DNA from: a virus
IMG/VR virus record: IMGVR_UViG_3300043496_000020
Coordinates: 1-40,310 of that record
Strand: one strand, 5' to 3'
DNA length: 40,310 nucleotides
Made by a program: the position numbers and the translations under genes. Position 1 is the stretch's first letter. Each line of letters opens with the position of its first letter. The notes under the pieces were generated by a model that was given only the letters and a program-made list of their open reading frames with translations, was not told where the DNA came from and did no database searches. Of the stretch, positions 33,889-40,283 are shown piece after piece.

Positions 33889-35916
33889 ATGAACGTATCG
33901 CCTGACCGTGAGTTCGGCAACCATTCCCACAACCACCAAGTCGCGCTCGACCTAGCGGCGCACGGCGTGCGCGTCTTTCCCTGCCGGCCCGCCGATGGAC
34001 CGCCAGACAATGACGGGCATCCGAAATGGCGGGCCAAGCAGCCGATGCCGCGCGTCAAGTGGACGGTGCAGGCGACCACCGACCCGCTGATCATCAATGC
34101 ATGGTGGTTCGCAACGCCCGACGCCCTGGTCGGTATGCCGCTCGAGCCGCTCGGCATCCTCATTCTCGATCCAGACCAGCACCCTGGCGCGCCCGACGGC
34201 ATCGCCGCCTACAACGCCCTGGCGGTCAAGTATCCCGAGCTGCTCAACGCGCCCTACGTGCAGACGCCGCAGGGCAAGCACTATCTGTTCGAGCAGACCG
34301 TGCCGCCGCACGGCAACGGCGAAGGCACGTTGCCACCGGGCATCAACGTGCGCGGCAAGGGCGGCTATGTGATCGCCCCAGGCACCATATTGCCCGACGG
34401 TCGCGGGTGGGTGATGCACAATCCGAACGGCGACGCGCCGAGGCAGCTCCCGCTGGCCATCATCGACATGCTCAGAGGCGCCCAGCCGCAGCCAGATCCC
34501 GACCCCGAGACATTCAAGCAAGCAGCCTGGGACTTCGACGATCTCACGCTCCCCTCAGAACCGCGCCGCGCCGCCTACCTGATGGCGTCCTGCCGCAACG
34601 CCTATGACAAGATCTGCAACGCCAAGCCCGGCACCCGCAACAACACGCTCAACACGCAGGCGGTGAAGCTGGGTCACTTCATCGGCGCCGGTCTGTTGGT
34701 CGAGGCCGAGATCACCACCCTTTTGACCGAGGCAGCCATCCAGGTCGGCCTGGACGAAGCGGAGATCGGGCCGACCATCAGATCCGGTCTGGCCAAGGGC
34801 AAGTCAGAGCCCAACGATCCGATCGACGTGGCCAATGAGTTCTGGGACGGCGACATCCCAGATCCCGAGCCCGACGCCAAGCAACCCACCGACCGCGTCT
34901 GGAACGCCACCGATCTGTGGGACATCCCGAGATCCACGTTCCTGATCGACGGCATGATCCCCGACAATGCGCTCGGCCTGATGGTCGGCGAAACGCAGAC
35001 GTTCAAATCGTTTATCGCGCAGTCGATCGCGCTCGCCATCGCGGCCGGCCTCAAGGATTGGCAGGGCCACGCCATACGGGCGCCCCAGGGCGCGATCGTG
35101 CTCTACATCGCAGGCGAGGGCGGCATCGAAAGCGCAGCCCTCAGGATGCGTGCCTGGGCCACGCAGCACGGCCTCACACGCGACACCTTGGGCGATCGCT
35201 TCCACCTGATCCCCTGGTCAATCAATCTCCTGGACAAGAAGTCGGTGCAGCGCCTCATCAAAGCCTGCAACAGCATCGTCACCGACACATCCAAGCTCGC
35301 CCTCATCGTGATCGACACCATCAACACCGCAAGCACCGGCTCCGACGAAAATTCCTCCCAGGACATGGGCATCCTGTACACGGTGATGCGGCGCCTCGCG
35401 GCGATCTACACGACCGCCATCATGGGCGTTCACCACACCAACAAGCGCGGCGGCACGCGCGGCTCCAATCTCCTATCGCAAAACGCCGACTTCACCCTCT
35501 TTCTGAAGCGCACCATGTCGGCGTGGCCGACCATGAACGTCGAGCTCCAGATCACCAAGCTGAAGGACGCACCATCAGGCACCGAGGAGAAATACCATCT
35601 CGACTTAATCGCCCTGCCCGACGGCACCACCTCCCTGGCACCAAAGCGCATCGGCGCCGTCCAGGCCGAGCGCACCGAAACCGTCGCAGCAGGACGCCCG
35701 AGCTCGCGGGCCGACGCCATCCTCGACGTGCTCAGGCGGTCAGCGCACATCGACGGTGAGACGCCGACGGAGATCTGCAACATCCTGGACATCACGGAAG
35801 GCTGGGAAAAGCGGGCCGTCACCAAGTGCCTGCGCAGGCTGCTCGGCCAGGGCATTGTGATCCGCGACGGCAACAAGTGGACGATCGTGGACGATGGTGG
35901 CGGGTTTTTGGATTGA
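33889..35916 (+). CDS. Bifunctional Prim-Pol primase / P-loop (RepA/DnaB-like) helicase
   Basis: The N-terminal region AHGVRVFPCRP...ILILDPDQH...VQTPQGKHYLF...VRGKGGYVIAPG fits a Prim-Pol domain. The central P-loop is GLMVGETQTFKS, and IVIDT is Walker B-like. Confidence 0.8.
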   Translation: MNVSPDREFGNHSHNHQVALDLAAHGVRVFPCRPADGPPDNDGHPKWRAKQPMPRVKWTVQATTDPLIINAWWFATPDALVGMPLEPLGILILDPDQHPGAPDGIAAYNALAVKYPELLNAPYVQTPQGKHYLFEQTVPPHGNGEGTLPPGINVRGKGGYVIAPGTILPDGRGWVMHNPNGDAPRQLPLAIIDMLRGAQPQPDPDPETFKQAAWDFDDLTLPSEPRRAAYLMASCRNAYDKICNAKPGTRNNTLNTQAVKLGHFIGAGLLVEAEITTLLTEAAIQVGLDEAEIGPTIRSGLAKGKSEPNDPIDVANEFWDGDIPDPEPDAKQPTDRVWNATDLWDIPRSTFLIDGMIPDNALGLMVGETQTFKSFIAQSIALAIAAGLKDWQGHAIRAPQGAIVLYIAGEGGIESAALRMRAWATQHGLTRDTLGDRFHLIPWSINLLDKKSVQRLIKACNSIVTDTSKLALIVIDTINTASTGSDENSSQDMGILYTVMRRLAAIYTTAIMGVHHTNKRGGTRGSNLLSQNADFTLFLKRTMSAWPTMNVELQITKLKDAPSGTEEKYHLDLIALPDGTTSLAPKRIGAVQAERTETVAAGRPSSRADAILDVLRRSAHIDGETPTEICNILDITEGWEKRAVTKCLRRLLGQGIVIRDGNKWTIVDDGGGFLD

Positions 35917-36056
35917 AAAGGACCGAAAACCCGAAATGGGCCGAAATAGGCCGAAACCTATTTCGGTCACATGCAGGACGCGACGACAATGCCCGTGACC
36001 GAAATCCGAAACCCCCCCCTTAAGGGGGTTTCGGTCACGGGCATTTCGGTCCTTTT
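35916..36056. repeat. Array of nine CCGAAA/TTTCGG hexamers with nested inverted repeats; ends in a strong + strand terminator-like hairpin plus T-run
   Basis: CCGAAA occurs at 35923, 35931, 35941, 35951, 35999 and 36006, and TTTCGG at 35961, 36029 and 36044. The outer 13-bp inverted repeat pairs 35916-35928 with 36044-36056. A 10-bp hairpin pairs 35941-35950 with 35957-35966. A composite 22-bp stem pairs 35988-36016 with 36024-36045 and is followed by tcggtcctttt. Confidence 0.8.
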
Positions 36057-36081
36057 GGTCAAATGGAGAGTGAGATGGGCA

Positions 36082-36570
36082 ATGCGTGAGATCCGACTGT
36101 CACCAAAGCAGCAGGCGTTTGTGCAGGCGTTGATCAAAGGGGCGACCTATGCTGATGCATATCGCAAGGCAGGGTTCCCTGGCGGTCAATCACGTACTGT
36201 TGCCACTAGCAACGCATCAAGGATGCTCAAGACAGATGCCAACGTTCAAGGTGCGATGAGGGAAGCTCGCGAAGAGCTGCGCCAACGCTCGATGTTGGAG
36301 GCTTGCGACATCATCGAGATGCTCCGAGAGACGCGCGAAGTCGCCCAGGCGGCCGATCCTCCCCAGGCCAGCGCCGCCGTCGCCGCCGCGATGGGCATCG
36401 CTAAGCTATTGGGATTGCAGATAGATCGGTCGGAAGCGGTCATCATGCACAAGCCGGCGCCGCTGCCGACGACCCTGGTCGAGCTGTCCACGGCTGACTG
36501 GCAGCGGCAGTTTGATCCGACCATGAAGACGATCGACAGCCAGGAACCGAGGCCTGACTTCCTCGATTGA
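36082..36570 (+). CDS. terS: Terminase small subunit (Terminase_2/P27-like)
   Basis: MREIRLSPKQQAFVQALIKGATYADAYRKAGFPGGQSRTVATSNASRMLKTDANVQGAM matches the N-terminal HTH pattern of this terS family. This is an internal ATG in track ORF 35971..36570. Confidence 0.7.
   Translation: MREIRLSPKQQAFVQALIKGATYADAYRKAGFPGGQSRTVATSNASRMLKTDANVQGAMREAREELRQRSMLEACDIIEMLRETREVAQAADPPQASAAVAAAMGIAKLLGLQIDRSEAVIMHKPAPLPTTLVELSTADWQRQFDPTMKTIDSQEPRPDFLD
36198..36214. promoter_or_regulatory. Operator-like site TGTTGCC-ACT-AGCAACG (one mismatch) inside terS (site 2 of 4)
   Basis: 13 of the 14 specified positions of TGTTGCC-N3-GGCAACG match, including both flanking bases. Confidence 0.4.
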
Positions 36571-36604
36571 GTAGTGGGGCGGAACCCGTGTCCGCCATAC
36601 CTAT

Positions 36605-36636
36605 GAGCTAAGCGACTGATATTGCTTAGCTTTCTC
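36605..36636 (+). terminator. Terminator-like hairpin after terS
   Basis: agctaagc (36606-36613) pairs with gcttagct (36624-36631) around a 10-nt loop, followed by tttctc. Confidence 0.6.
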
Positions 36637-36650
36637 GATCGGTGTTTGGG

Positions 36651-36674
36651 CTGTCCCTACTTCTGTCCCTACTT
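36651..36674. repeat. Exact tandem duplication of the 12-mer ctgtccctactt
   Basis: Seen in sequence, immediately upstream of operator site 3. Each copy carries a -10-like TACTTT. Confidence 0.85.
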
Positions 36675-36676
36675 TG

Positions 36677-36693
36677 TGTTGCCGATGGCAACG
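36677..36693. promoter_or_regulatory. Operator-type palindrome TGTTGCC-GAT-GGCAACG (site 3 of 4)
   Basis: Perfect half-sites, located in the gene-free region downstream of terS. Confidence 0.6.
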
Positions 36694-36744
36694 TATCGGC
36701 AGGAGGATATGCCTATTGCTCAGTGAGCTGAAGGCTGCGCGGAT

Positions 36745-36769
36745 CTCGAGCTCGAGGCGCCGATCGGCG
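36745..36769. repeat. Two adjacent perfect 12-bp palindromes, CTCGAGCTCGAG and CGCCGATCGGCG, separated by one base
   Basis: Seen in sequence at 36745-36756 and 36758-36769. Confidence 0.85.
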
Positions 36770-36774
36770 GTCGA

Positions 36775-36842
36775 GGGCGGGCAGGGCAGGCAGGGGGCCG
36801 GCACCCACCCAGGGGGGTAGATCGACACCGGGGGCGGCCGGG
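36775..36842 (+). other. G-tract block with G-quadruplex potential on the + strand
   Basis: GGG at 36775, GGG at 36779, GGG at 36784 and GGGGG at 36793 fit G3-N1-G3-N2-G3-N6-G5. Further G4-G6 runs occur at 36812, 36830 and 36839. Confidence 0.5.
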
Positions 36843-37036
36843 GCGAAAGAGGCTCCCTGACGCGCGACACGGATCACAGCCAGGGAATTTACAATGGCAA
36901 CCCCGCCTGAGCCCCGACACGCCTACATGCTTGCAAAACAGATGAGCCGCCCGCCTGGAGGGGCTGGGCGGCTCCACCGCACGTCGCTGAGCGGTGTTTA
37001 GGGAGATGAGCAGACTTGGTGTTCGCCCGCGACAAC

Positions 37037-37071
37037 GTCTGCCGCAGAGGCAGGCTCTGCCAGACCCTTTT
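37037..37071 (+). terminator. Terminator-like hairpin with T-run in + orientation, abutting the stop of the leftward operon (convergent terminator)
   Basis: gtctg..gcagag pairs with ctctgc.cagac (11 bp with a 2-nt bulge) around a gcagg loop, followed by cctttt. Confidence 0.5.
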
Positions 37072-37282
37072 AACTCCCTGGCGGTCGCATCAGCTCTTGC
37101 ACGATGCGGGCCTTCTCCTTGGCCAGCAGGCGGTCGACCTGAGCTTTCAGCTCGCCGCACTGGGCCTCGAACCATTTCGCCTCCTGGCGCCAGGAATTGG
37201 CTGATCTGATCGCCTCGTCGCGCTGCCGCTCGGCGGCGAACTTGTCGGCCTGGAGCAGGCGCCACTCGCTGTCGGAGATCAC
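37070..37282 (-). CDS. Coiled-coil protein (70 aa), last gene of the leftward operon
   Basis: GTGA coupling at 37282. Product is VISDSEWRLLQADKFAAERQRDEAIRSANSWRQEAKWFEAQCGELKAQVDRLLAKEKARIVQELMRPPGS*. The Arg-rich N-terminal part of track ORF 37070..37426 is rejected. Confidence 0.5.
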   Translation of the reverse strand: MISDSEWRLLQADKFAAERQRDEAIRSANSWRQEAKWFEAQCGELKAQVDRLLAKEKARIVQELMRPPGS

Positions 37283-37440
37283 GGCAGGCGCCAGAGGAAG
37301 AGAGGGGTTCCATCGCCCGCCCAGGCGCACAATGTGGGGAGCTGGCCGCACCGCTCGGCGACGCCGATGATGGCGTCGTCGAAGCCGTCGGCGAGCAGTG
37401 CGTCGGGATTGAGGTCGGCGATCCACTGGCGGTCGGTCAA
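37279..37440 (-). CDS. Small protein (53 aa) with a GFDDAIIGV motif; possibly an internally deleted member of a larger family
   Basis: Not in the track (under 60 aa). The TTG start overlaps the upstream stop. Product is LTDRQWIADLNPDALLADGFDDAIIGVAERCGQLPTLCAWAGDGTPLFLWRLP*, with high third-position GC. Confidence 0.4.
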   Translation of the reverse strand: MTDRQWIADLNPDALLADGFDDAIIGVAERCGQLPTLCAWAGDGTPLFLWRLP

Positions 37441-37742
37441 TGTCGAATCCTTCTGGCGACGAGCAGCCGCTCGACTTGCGTCTTCAGCTCGTCGCGCTGC
37501 CTGCGAAGCTCTACGGCATCGGCGGCATCTCGCTCGACAAACTCCTTGAAGAATTTGTGCGCCTGTTCGTGGACCTGGACCTCCGCTGCCATGCGAAGGT
37601 CGCGCTCGCGGTCGTGCATCAGCCGCAGCCGGTCGAGTTCATTGAACACCGCCTGGAGGCCGTCGACCGAGATGAACACGTTCGCATGGTCTCGGCGCTT
37701 CTCCAGATGGGCGCGCAGCCGCTCGATGGGGTCGTCGGTCAT
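37437..37742 (-). CDS. Coiled-coil protein (101 aa)
   Basis: Track ORF with ATGA coupling. Its C-terminal ELKTQVERLLVARR echoes ELKAQVDRLLAKEK of the 37070..37282 product. Confidence 0.55.
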   Translation of the reverse strand: MTDDPIERLRAHLEKRRDHANVFISVDGLQAVFNELDRLRLMHDRERDLRMAAEVQVHEQAHKFFKEFVERDAADAVELRRQRDELKTQVERLLVARRIRH

Positions 37743-38008
37743 ATGATCTCTTCCAGCGTTGACCTGAATTCAACGCCGCCCTTCGACCTGATCCAGTCGT
37801 AGGCGTCCCTCTCGGCACGCCCCCGCCCCGCTTCGATGCGGCGCTGGTCGATGAACTTGCCGTCGGCGTCGCGCGCCGTCACCAGCCAGACCCTCTTGGG
37901 CCAGACGGCACCCGTACCGTTGCACCAGTCGCACTCCTTCAACGGCACCGCGGTATCCTCGCCGGTGCCGTTGCAGCGCGGGCAGGGGCTGGGGAGGAGG
38001 GTGCTCAT
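37739..38008 (-). CDS. Zinc-finger protein with two CxxCxGxG motifs (DnaJ cysteine-rich type), 89 aa
   Basis: ATG at 38008 overlaps the stop of the HTH gene (ATGA). Product is MSTLLPSPCPRCNGTGEDTAVPLKECDWCNGTGAVW.... Confidence 0.6.
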   Translation of the reverse strand: MSTLLPSPCPRCNGTGEDTAVPLKECDWCNGTGAVWPKRVWLVTARDADGKFIDQRRIEAGRGRAERDAYDWIRSKGGVEFRSTLEEII

Positions 38009-38193
38009 TCCAGGAACTCTTGCTGGCGTTTGCCCTCGAGCAGCTCGAGCATCATCGCGATCGTGCCTGGAACCGGCCGGCGGCCGGCTTTCCAATGCAT
38101 CACGGCATAGCGCGAGACGCGGAACTGGGTGGCCGCGGCCGAGGTGGTCAGGCCGAGCGCTTTGAGGCGTTTCTTGAATTCATGCTTTGTCAT
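38005..38193 (-). CDS. Cro/CI (Xre)-type helix-turn-helix transcriptional regulator (62 aa)
   Basis: LGLTTSAAATQFRVSRYAVMHWKAGRRPVP is a typical HTH. It is the first gene of the leftward operon at a divergent promoter region that carries operator site 4. Confidence 0.75.
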   Translation of the reverse strand: MTKHEFKKRLKALGLTTSAAATQFRVSRYAVMHWKAGRRPVPGTIAMMLELLEGKRQQEFLE

Positions 38194-38200
38194 GGGGGGA

Positions 38201-38229
38201 AATGTAAGACGTTACCCTTGTCAACGCAA
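38201..38229 (-). promoter_or_regulatory. Candidate leftward promoter for the HTH operon (leaderless or near-leaderless)
   Basis: On the minus strand: TTGCGT (38229-38224), a 17-nt spacer, then TACATT (38206-38201). The ATG at 38193 lies 7 nt after the -10 element, and there is no Shine-Dalgarno sequence. Confidence 0.4.
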
Positions 38230-38246
38230 GGATCGGTGATTATGTT
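38218..38246 (+). promoter_or_regulatory. Candidate rightward early promoter
   Basis: TTGTCA (38218-38223), a 17-nt spacer, then TATGTT (38241-38246). The -10 element overlaps operator site 4. Confidence 0.55.
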
Positions 38247-38259
38247 GCCAGAGGCAACG
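38243..38259. promoter_or_regulatory. Operator-type palindrome TGTTGCC-AGA-GGCAACG (site 4 of 4)
   Basis: Perfect half-sites covering the -10/+1 region of the rightward promoter, next to the HTH gene. Confidence 0.65.
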
Positions 38260-38282
38260 ACGAGCCGCCGGGAGAGACTGAG

Positions 38283-38576
38283 ATGACCACCACCGAACTG
38301 TTCCAGACCTATCAGGCGGCGGAAGCTGCTTCTAACGCCGCGCACGAAGCGGATGCTCCTGACGCGATCGCGCTGGGCCAAGTGTCTGACCGTGCGTTTG
38401 CGGCTTGGCGGGCAGCGGTCGCCGAGGCTCGCACCATCTGGCAGTCGTTCCCGGCAGGCGCCCGCAAGTCGAGCGCCGAGACCAACGCCGAGGACACCGA
38501 GGGCTGTGCCGAGGATGAGCTGCGTTGGTTCGATATCGCTATCCGCACTTACGAAATGGACGATTGCACTCGCTAA
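38283..38576 (+). CDS. Acidic early protein (97 aa), first gene of the early operon
   Basis: RBS ggagag; track ORF. By hand count it has about 18 Asp/Glu versus about 8 Arg/Lys. Confidence 0.6.
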   Translation: MTTTELFQTYQAAEAASNAAHEADAPDAIALGQVSDRAFAAWRAAVAEARTIWQSFPAGARKSSAETNAEDTEGCAEDELRWFDIAIRTYEMDDCTR

Positions 38577-38590
38577 AAGGAGAGACCGAG

Positions 38591-38854
38591 ATGACCAACT
38601 ACGTCGCCACCAAATACCGCTTCGCCGATGGCGTCGCCTACCGCCCGAATTTGTATCTCATCCAGACCGAGGAGCGCATCCGCTCTTACGGCGGTCTGGT
38701 CGTCTTGAAGGACAAGGCCCTGGCCTATGCCGGTTCGCCGACGCTCATCCAGGAGAAGATCGGTTCCATCATCGCGTCGGCTGACGCCTATGCCTGGGGC
38801 AGCACCCCGGCCGAGGCACTGGCCAAGATCAAGCCGCACCTGGGAGCACGCTGA
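38591..38854 (+). CDS. Hypothetical early protein (87 aa)
   Basis: RBS aaggagag before ATG 38591. This is an internal start in track ORF 38525..38854. Confidence 0.6.
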   Translation: MTNYVATKYRFADGVAYRPNLYLIQTEERIRSYGGLVVLKDKALAYAGSPTLIQEKIGSIIASADAYAWGSTPAEALAKIKPHLGAR

Positions 38855-39078
38855 TGCGTGTTCACGAAGATCCTCGCACCATCACCGTGTGGGACAAGAG
38901 CAAGTGCGTCGCCACCGCTCGCCAAACCGGGCGCGGCTGGTTGCTCAGGCTGCACGCCGCTTCCTGGGTCAATAAGAAGACCCGTGGCGTCGGCAACGAT
39001 CCTTCGCTGAAGGTCGTGCAAAACCGCAAGATCGCGCTGCATGAGATGAAGCTCCTGGCAGGAGGAAAAGAACCATGA
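38854..39078 (+). CDS. Hypothetical early protein (74 aa)
   Basis: Track ORF with TGATG coupling. Confidence 0.55.
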   Translation: MRVHEDPRTITVWDKSKCVATARQTGRGWLLRLHAASWVNKKTRGVGNDPSLKVVQNRKIALHEMKLLAGGKEP

Positions 39079-39212
39079 ACGACACCGTCAACAGGCTACT
39101 CGACGAGCTGGCGATCGTCCTGCTCGCGCTGATCGAGGGCCGCATCACCGAGGCGGCCTATGAGGCCGAGGTCGTGCGGCTGCTCGACGCCATCGAGGCT
39201 GCCCGCGACTAA
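39075..39212 (+). CDS. Small helical protein (45 aa)
   Basis: Not in the track. ATGA coupling. Product is MNDTVNRLLDELAIVLLALIEGRITEAAYEAEVVRLLDAIEAARD*. Confidence 0.45.
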   Translation: MNDTVNRLLDELAIVLLALIEGRITEAAYEAEVVRLLDAIEAARD

Positions 39213-39287
39213 GATCGAAACCAGGGTCCGATCCCCTGGTAGCGGCGTAAGGCGCCGCCTGATGAGATCAGCAACAGGAGAACGACA

Positions 39288-40283
39288 ATGAATAAGGGCA
39301 TTTCCTTGCAGGCACTGGCCGCCGAGATCGAGCGCCAGGACGACGCCAAGCACGACATGATCGCCGACACCGGCGCCGTGACCATGCACGACATGGAGGG
39401 CGCTTTCTCCCTGGCGGTCGCCGATGAGGATTTCGGCATCAACCAGACCGCCCACAGCCAGATCGCGGCTCGCCTGGGCATCCCGCTCAAATACTACGAT
39501 CGCATGCAGGCCGAGGCGCCTTCGATGCTGTCGTACAACGTCAATGAGTGGTTTCGCAGGAAACCCGAGCGCCGCATGATCAGGACACTCGACGGCAACG
39601 TGCGGGCGTTCCTGAGCGATCGATATCAGCGCATCGACAACTGGGACATCAGCAAGGCGGCGCTGCCGGTCCTGGCCAAGATCCCCGAGCTCAAGATCGT
39701 CTCATCGCAGATCACCGAGCACCGCATGTACATCCAGGCGGTGACGGCGCGGCTGACCGAGAACGTCGCCCTGAACGACGCCGTGCAGGCCGGCGTCATC
39801 ATCTCCAACTCGGAGATCGGCATGGGCTCGGTGTCGGTCGCCCCGATCGTCTACCGTCTCAAATGCCTGAACGGCATGGTCATCGCCGATCAGAAATACC
39901 GGGCGATGCACGTCGGCCGCCGCATCGAAGACTCGGCCGAGCTGTGGGCCGACGATACCCGGCAGGCCGACGACCGGGCGGTGCTGCTGAAGGTCCGCGA
40001 CATGATCGCCAAGGCGGTCGATGCCGTGAACTTCCGCGAGAACGTCGAGCGCATGCAGGGTCTGGTGCGCGAGAGCGTCACCGGCAACCCGATCAAGGTG
40101 GTCGAGGTGCTGTCGAAGCGCCTGGGCATCACCGAGGCCGAGCAGGGCGGCATCCTGCGCTCGTTGATCGAGGGCGGCGACCTCTGTCGGCGTGGGGCGT
40201 GCTCAACGCGGTCACCGCCCAGGCCCACGGCGCCGAGTACGATCGTGCGGTCGAGTTCGAGGCGGCCGGCGGCCAGCTCCTGA
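39288..40283 (+). CDS. DUF932-family protein. The frame is credible up to 40181; the conserved C-terminus continues in another frame (40184 onward, equal to 1..144), so the gene is frameshifted as assembled.
   Basis: RBS aggag. LRTLDGNVRAFLSDRYQRIDNWD and GVIISNSEIGMGSVSVAPIVYRLKCLNGM are typical DUF932 blocks. After ...LIEGGDL the track frame becomes the Arg/Ser/Pro-rich CRRGACSTRSPP.... Confidence 0.8.
   Translation: MNKGISLQALAAEIERQDDAKHDMIADTGAVTMHDMEGAFSLAVADEDFGINQTAHSQIAARLGIPLKYYDRMQAEAPSMLSYNVNEWFRRKPERRMIRTLDGNVRAFLSDRYQRIDNWDISKAALPVLAKIPELKIVSSQITEHRMYIQAVTARLTENVALNDAVQAGVIISNSEIGMGSVSVAPIVYRLKCLNGMVIADQKYRAMHVGRRIEDSAELWADDTRQADDRAVLLKVRDMIAKAVDAVNFRENVERMQGLVRESVTGNPIKVVEVLSKRLGITEAEQGGILRSLIEGGDLCRRGACSTRSPPRPTAPSTIVRSSSRRPAASS

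Noticed and set aside
35971-36081. N-terminal extension of terS through the repeat array (track ORF 35971..36570)
   Set aside because: The extension would be encoded by the inverted-repeat/terminator element. The terS family motif starts right after Met at 36082.
36707-36724. Mini-ORF MPIAQ* after AGGAGG, considered as a leader peptide
   Set aside because: The spacing between AGGAGG and the ATG is only 2 nt. There is no supporting attenuator logic.
36601-37313. Minus-strand ORFs 36601..36870 and 36720..37313, and + ORFs 36994..37209 and 37016..37204, in or next to the orphan region
   Set aside because: Their products are Pro/Arg/Cys-rich nonsense-like strings without an RBS. They partly overlap the better-supported leftward genes.
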